64,000 bases of DNA from Candidatus Methanomethylicia archaeon (GTDB lineage: Archaea; Thermoproteota; Methanomethylicia; CALHIW01), in assembly GCA_038845975.1 (NCBI GenBank), contig JAWBQF010000004.1:72020-136019 (forward strand). Direction: 5' to 3'. The notes beneath the pieces were generated by a model that saw only the letters and a program-made list of their open reading frames with translations, was not told where the DNA came from and searched no databases. This document shows positions 60,975 to 64,000 of the stretch, in pieces. The first letter of the stretch is position 1, and each line of letters opens with the position of its first letter. The position numbers were made by a program, and so were the translations under genes.

Positions 60975-61687
60975 GGCTTTGTTAACTTAAGCATGTTTTA
61001 TCACCTCTATTTTTGGTATTGTATCTTCTATGAATTCCTTAGCTTTTATTTTCCTATTAATCCATGTTTGTTTAGTATGTATATTATTGATTTTATAAGC
61101 ATTAATACATGTTCACCATCACATCTATCCTTCATGCATGGTATATAATTATCGAATACTCTAGTTCTATCCTTAACATATTGTATGATTCCCTCCATTA
61201 ATTCTAACCTCTAAACTATATTAATGTTTTTTAATATTCTGCATGATGCCTTATAGTATTGAGCTCCATCACTTAATACAACTATATTCCATAGATAGCT
61301 CTAATCTTCTAAGGAATGCTAGTGATGTAAGTATGTTTGCAACATCACAAACCCATATGTAGAATCCCCCTCAATAATGGCTTAAACGCAACATAAATAA
61401 CCTTCTCTTAAAACCTACTTACAATAGTATCATCAACCATAACGATCCTAACATCCCTCCTATCAAAATCAATGGAAGCTTAAGATAAACCACGATAGTA
61501 TGGATACATAACTCCTAACAACAATAAGCTTAAAATATCTGAAACCATTCTAGAAGAACGAAAATATATATAAGCACCATAACTAGAGTAAATGGAGTTC
61601 TCTCCCTAACAAACTTAACAACTTTAACCATATTAACACCATAAATAGGGGAGAGAACTCCCAAATAAATCTAAAGTTAACAAAGCC
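60975..61687 (-). mobile_element. Decayed IS6-family element, copy B
   Basis: Same 14-bp TIRs as 46636..47332; fragment QYVKDRTRVFDNYIPCMKDRCDGEHV. Confidence 0.85.
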
Positions 61688-61894
61688 ATAAAGATTATGG
61701 TAAAACCGGAAGATTATTTGTTTTTAATGTTCTCAATTAAAGGAGTTGGAAAAAGACGACTCGAGATGCTTACAGATAATATGTTAAAGCTGTGTAAAGA
61801 CTAGGGAAGTTTGGATTAACGGAAATCTTTATTTAGAAAGATGTGTGATTTTCGCGTCAACATCTACCCAAGAGTGTGGCGATGACTCTTCATT

Positions 61895-62371
61895 CTAATA
61901 GAAGTTTAGGTTGAAGGTTTTGTTCCTAAAGTTAACTTTGAACTCATGTGTTTCTGCAATACTCTTCAATCCTATTATTAAGGGTACGTCTTCCCTCTCC
62001 GCTATGGCTATCCAAGCCTCTATTTCAGGGGACTCTATACCTTTTAAATCCATGAACTTTAAAGTAGCTCTTACAAGCCTAGCTGAGATTTCCATTTCAG
62101 ATGTAATGCCTGTCAGCTTCACAGGGGCAAACTTTTCTAGCTGAAGCATTTTGAAGAACCTAAAAGGTAATAAGGAAACAACGGCGCCCGTATCGTAAAC
62201 CATGGGGAAGGGACCGATCCAAAATCCCTTAGACTTGAATAAAACTAATGTTCTGTAAATGTAGCCTTTCCCTATTTCTAAACCATAAACCTTCCTTACA
62301 GATTCTGAAACTTCAGGTCTAAAGCTAGCCTCTGTTATCCTGTATTCCAACCTTAAGGACAAAGGGTTCAC
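61895..62371 (-). CDS. Retropepsin-like aspartic protease
   Basis: VYDTGA catalytic motif and PLIIGL motif. Confidence 0.8.
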   Translation of the reverse strand: MNPLSLRLEYRITEASFRPEVSESVRKVYGLEIGKGYIYRTLVLFKSKGFWIGPFPMVYDTGAVVSLLPFRFFKMLQLEKFAPVKLTGITSEMEISARLVRATLKFMDLKGIESPEIEAWIAIAEREDVPLIIGLKSIAETHEFKVNFRNKTFNLNFY

Positions 62372-62561
62372 CGGAGAGTATGTAATCTATTATAAAGTCT
62401 TTGCCAACTTTTTCCTTAGCCTCATCGTAAACCTTTCCAAACTCTTTACCATATGCTATAACCTTACAGTCTTTAACAGCAACATACATACCGGGATACT
62501 TCTCTTGCAATTCAGAGTAATGGGAATTTAACCACTCAAAATCCTTAATCTCCCTAAACAT
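62325..62561 (-). CDS. DUF5678-like small protein
   Basis: W...HY.EL.EKYPG.YVAV.D.KVIA.G pattern; overlaps the retropepsin gene. Confidence 0.8.
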   Translation of the reverse strand: MFREIKDFEWLNSHYSELQEKYPGMYVAVKDCKVIAYGKEFGKVYDEAKEKVGKDFIIDYILSGEPFVLKVGIQDNRG

Positions 62562-63151
62562 TCAAACCATCAAACTATAATTCGAAACACACACTTAAAT
62601 CTTTGTGAGAAAAGAAGTTACGGAAACTTATGCGTCAATCAACTCTATCATCTAAATAAAAATTCTTCTTTGTTCCTTTGAATAATATCTCAATCATATC
62701 TTCCTAAACTCATCAGCATGCTTTCAGACATACTAGAAATGCTTAAAGAAATCGATAGAACAGAAAATGTTTAAAATATATTTAAAGAGTAGGAATTTGC
62801 ATGGTCCAAAATCTGATGAGCTTTCCCATTCAACACTTATGTCTTCAAAAGGAGTAGCAGGAAGCTAGGATAAAATTCGGAGTAAAGCTGAAAGTAAAAG
62901 ACTTAGGAAATTGGTTCTGCTGCGAGATGGGTAGGCTTGGAGTCTCAGATAGATATGTAGATGCATTTTGTGAAGAGTGCCGAGAAGCGTATTAGCAAGG
63001 CATTACACAGATTTCAACCCAGAAAAACTAAAGAAATTTATGGTAAAGCTAATCTAAAGGTTTTGAGTTAAGGTTTAAAATCAATGTTCATAAAGTTTAC
63101 TTTAGCCCACCGATAAAAAATTAAGTTATTAAAAGCGATTAATAAAAAATA

Positions 63152-64000
63152 GCTTTGTGGCTTAATTCTTTATTGTTTAGGTCTCTTCTCTAATTTTATG
63201 TTTCTCTTTTTTGATTTTGTTTTATAGGTTTATTAGCATGTTGTATATGTATGCTTTAGCTTCTAGTTCTTTCTCTATTCCATGTTTTCGCCATGCAGTA
63301 TTCTCCATACTGGCGTTTAGTGTTGAGAACATTGTTTCAACAGCCCAACGTCTACCGTAGCCCACCATCCCCGCCCACCCTTCATCACCCACCTTTTCGA
63401 TAAGTCTAACCATCCTACATCTTTCCGGAGGACCTCTATCATCTCTAGCGTTACGTCTAGGCTTTATGACGGGTTTTACACCCATCCCTCTAAGGAGATT
63501 GTAGACTTCAGAATTATCGTAAGCTCCATCCATAACAGCTTCAGAAACCCTCCTAAGCTTAGATGCATCCTTGATTAATGCTGGTAGCACCTCCGAGTCG
63601 TGGAAATCGTCCGTGGTTACCTCCATAGCTAAAATCTCCTTAGTCTTAACGTCTACTGAGAAGTGGATCTTGATGTAGCACTTCTTCTTGCCGTGTACGC
63701 ACGTAACCCATCCACCAGGGACGCTAACACCGCTCGAGTCTACGGCTATAGTGACTGGCTCGTTGGAAACCCTCAACGAATCGTATAAAGATGGGTTAAG
63801 CGTTAAGATACGTCTCCTAATCCATGAGTAGTCTGCTGATGGAGGGGATAAGCCTGTTCAAAGCCCTAGTGAAGCCTTCAAGCTGTCTGTAAGGCATTGA
63901 GAAGAGATAACGTACAACCATAAGGAATTCAACATACCTAACAGTAAGCTTGAAGGGATGACCTACCTTACCACGATTCAAATCCATAAGCTCAGAATCA
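63152..64000 (-). mobile_element. IS5-family element with frameshifted transposase (runs off window)
   Basis: AVDSSG, KIHFSVD, HDS, DGAYD and RWAVETMFS motifs. The N-terminal MPYRQLEGF is in a different frame. End sequence GCTTTGTGGCTTAATTC at 63152. Confidence 0.9.

Noticed and set aside
62325-62371. Gag-pro-like -1 frameshift joining DUF5678 to the retropepsin
   Set aside because: The protease frame is +1 relative to the upstream ORF, and a GGTGA site before a TTG gives it an independent start.

Overview
AT-rich genomic DNA from a (hyper)thermophilic archaeon, probably of the TACK/Thermoproteota type. Evidence: reverse gyrase, archaeal porAB, thiolase plus DUF35, BRE/TATA promoters and GGTGA ribosome-binding sites. 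Positions 1-42 kb hold mostly intact metabolic genes: porAB, mobA, tatAC, an SsuABC-like transporter, reverse gyrase, coaD and a complete tctCBA transporter. They also hold a membrane redox locus (HdrF/EMO-like NarI-FeS-CCG fusion, triheme cytochrome c, Tat-exported NrfC-like FeS protein, NrfD-like protein and a second NarI-like cytochrome b). A B12 acyl-CoA mutase with isobutyryl-CoA-mutase signature residues, MeaB and beta-oxidation genes follows; the acyl-CoA dehydrogenase there survives only as a decayed fragment. Positions 43-64 kb form an accessory island: large surface proteins (a GH99-containing protein and a LEA_2 plus four 'YPPRL' repeats protein), an MNT-HEPN toxin-antitoxin pair, a large serine recombinase relic, an orphan HerA/VirB4-like ATPase, three retropepsin-like genes, a MITE and many decayed IS6/IS5 copies. 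No rRNA, tRNA or CRISPR array was recognised. All calls come from reading motifs by eye without database searches, and pseudogene boundaries are approximate.
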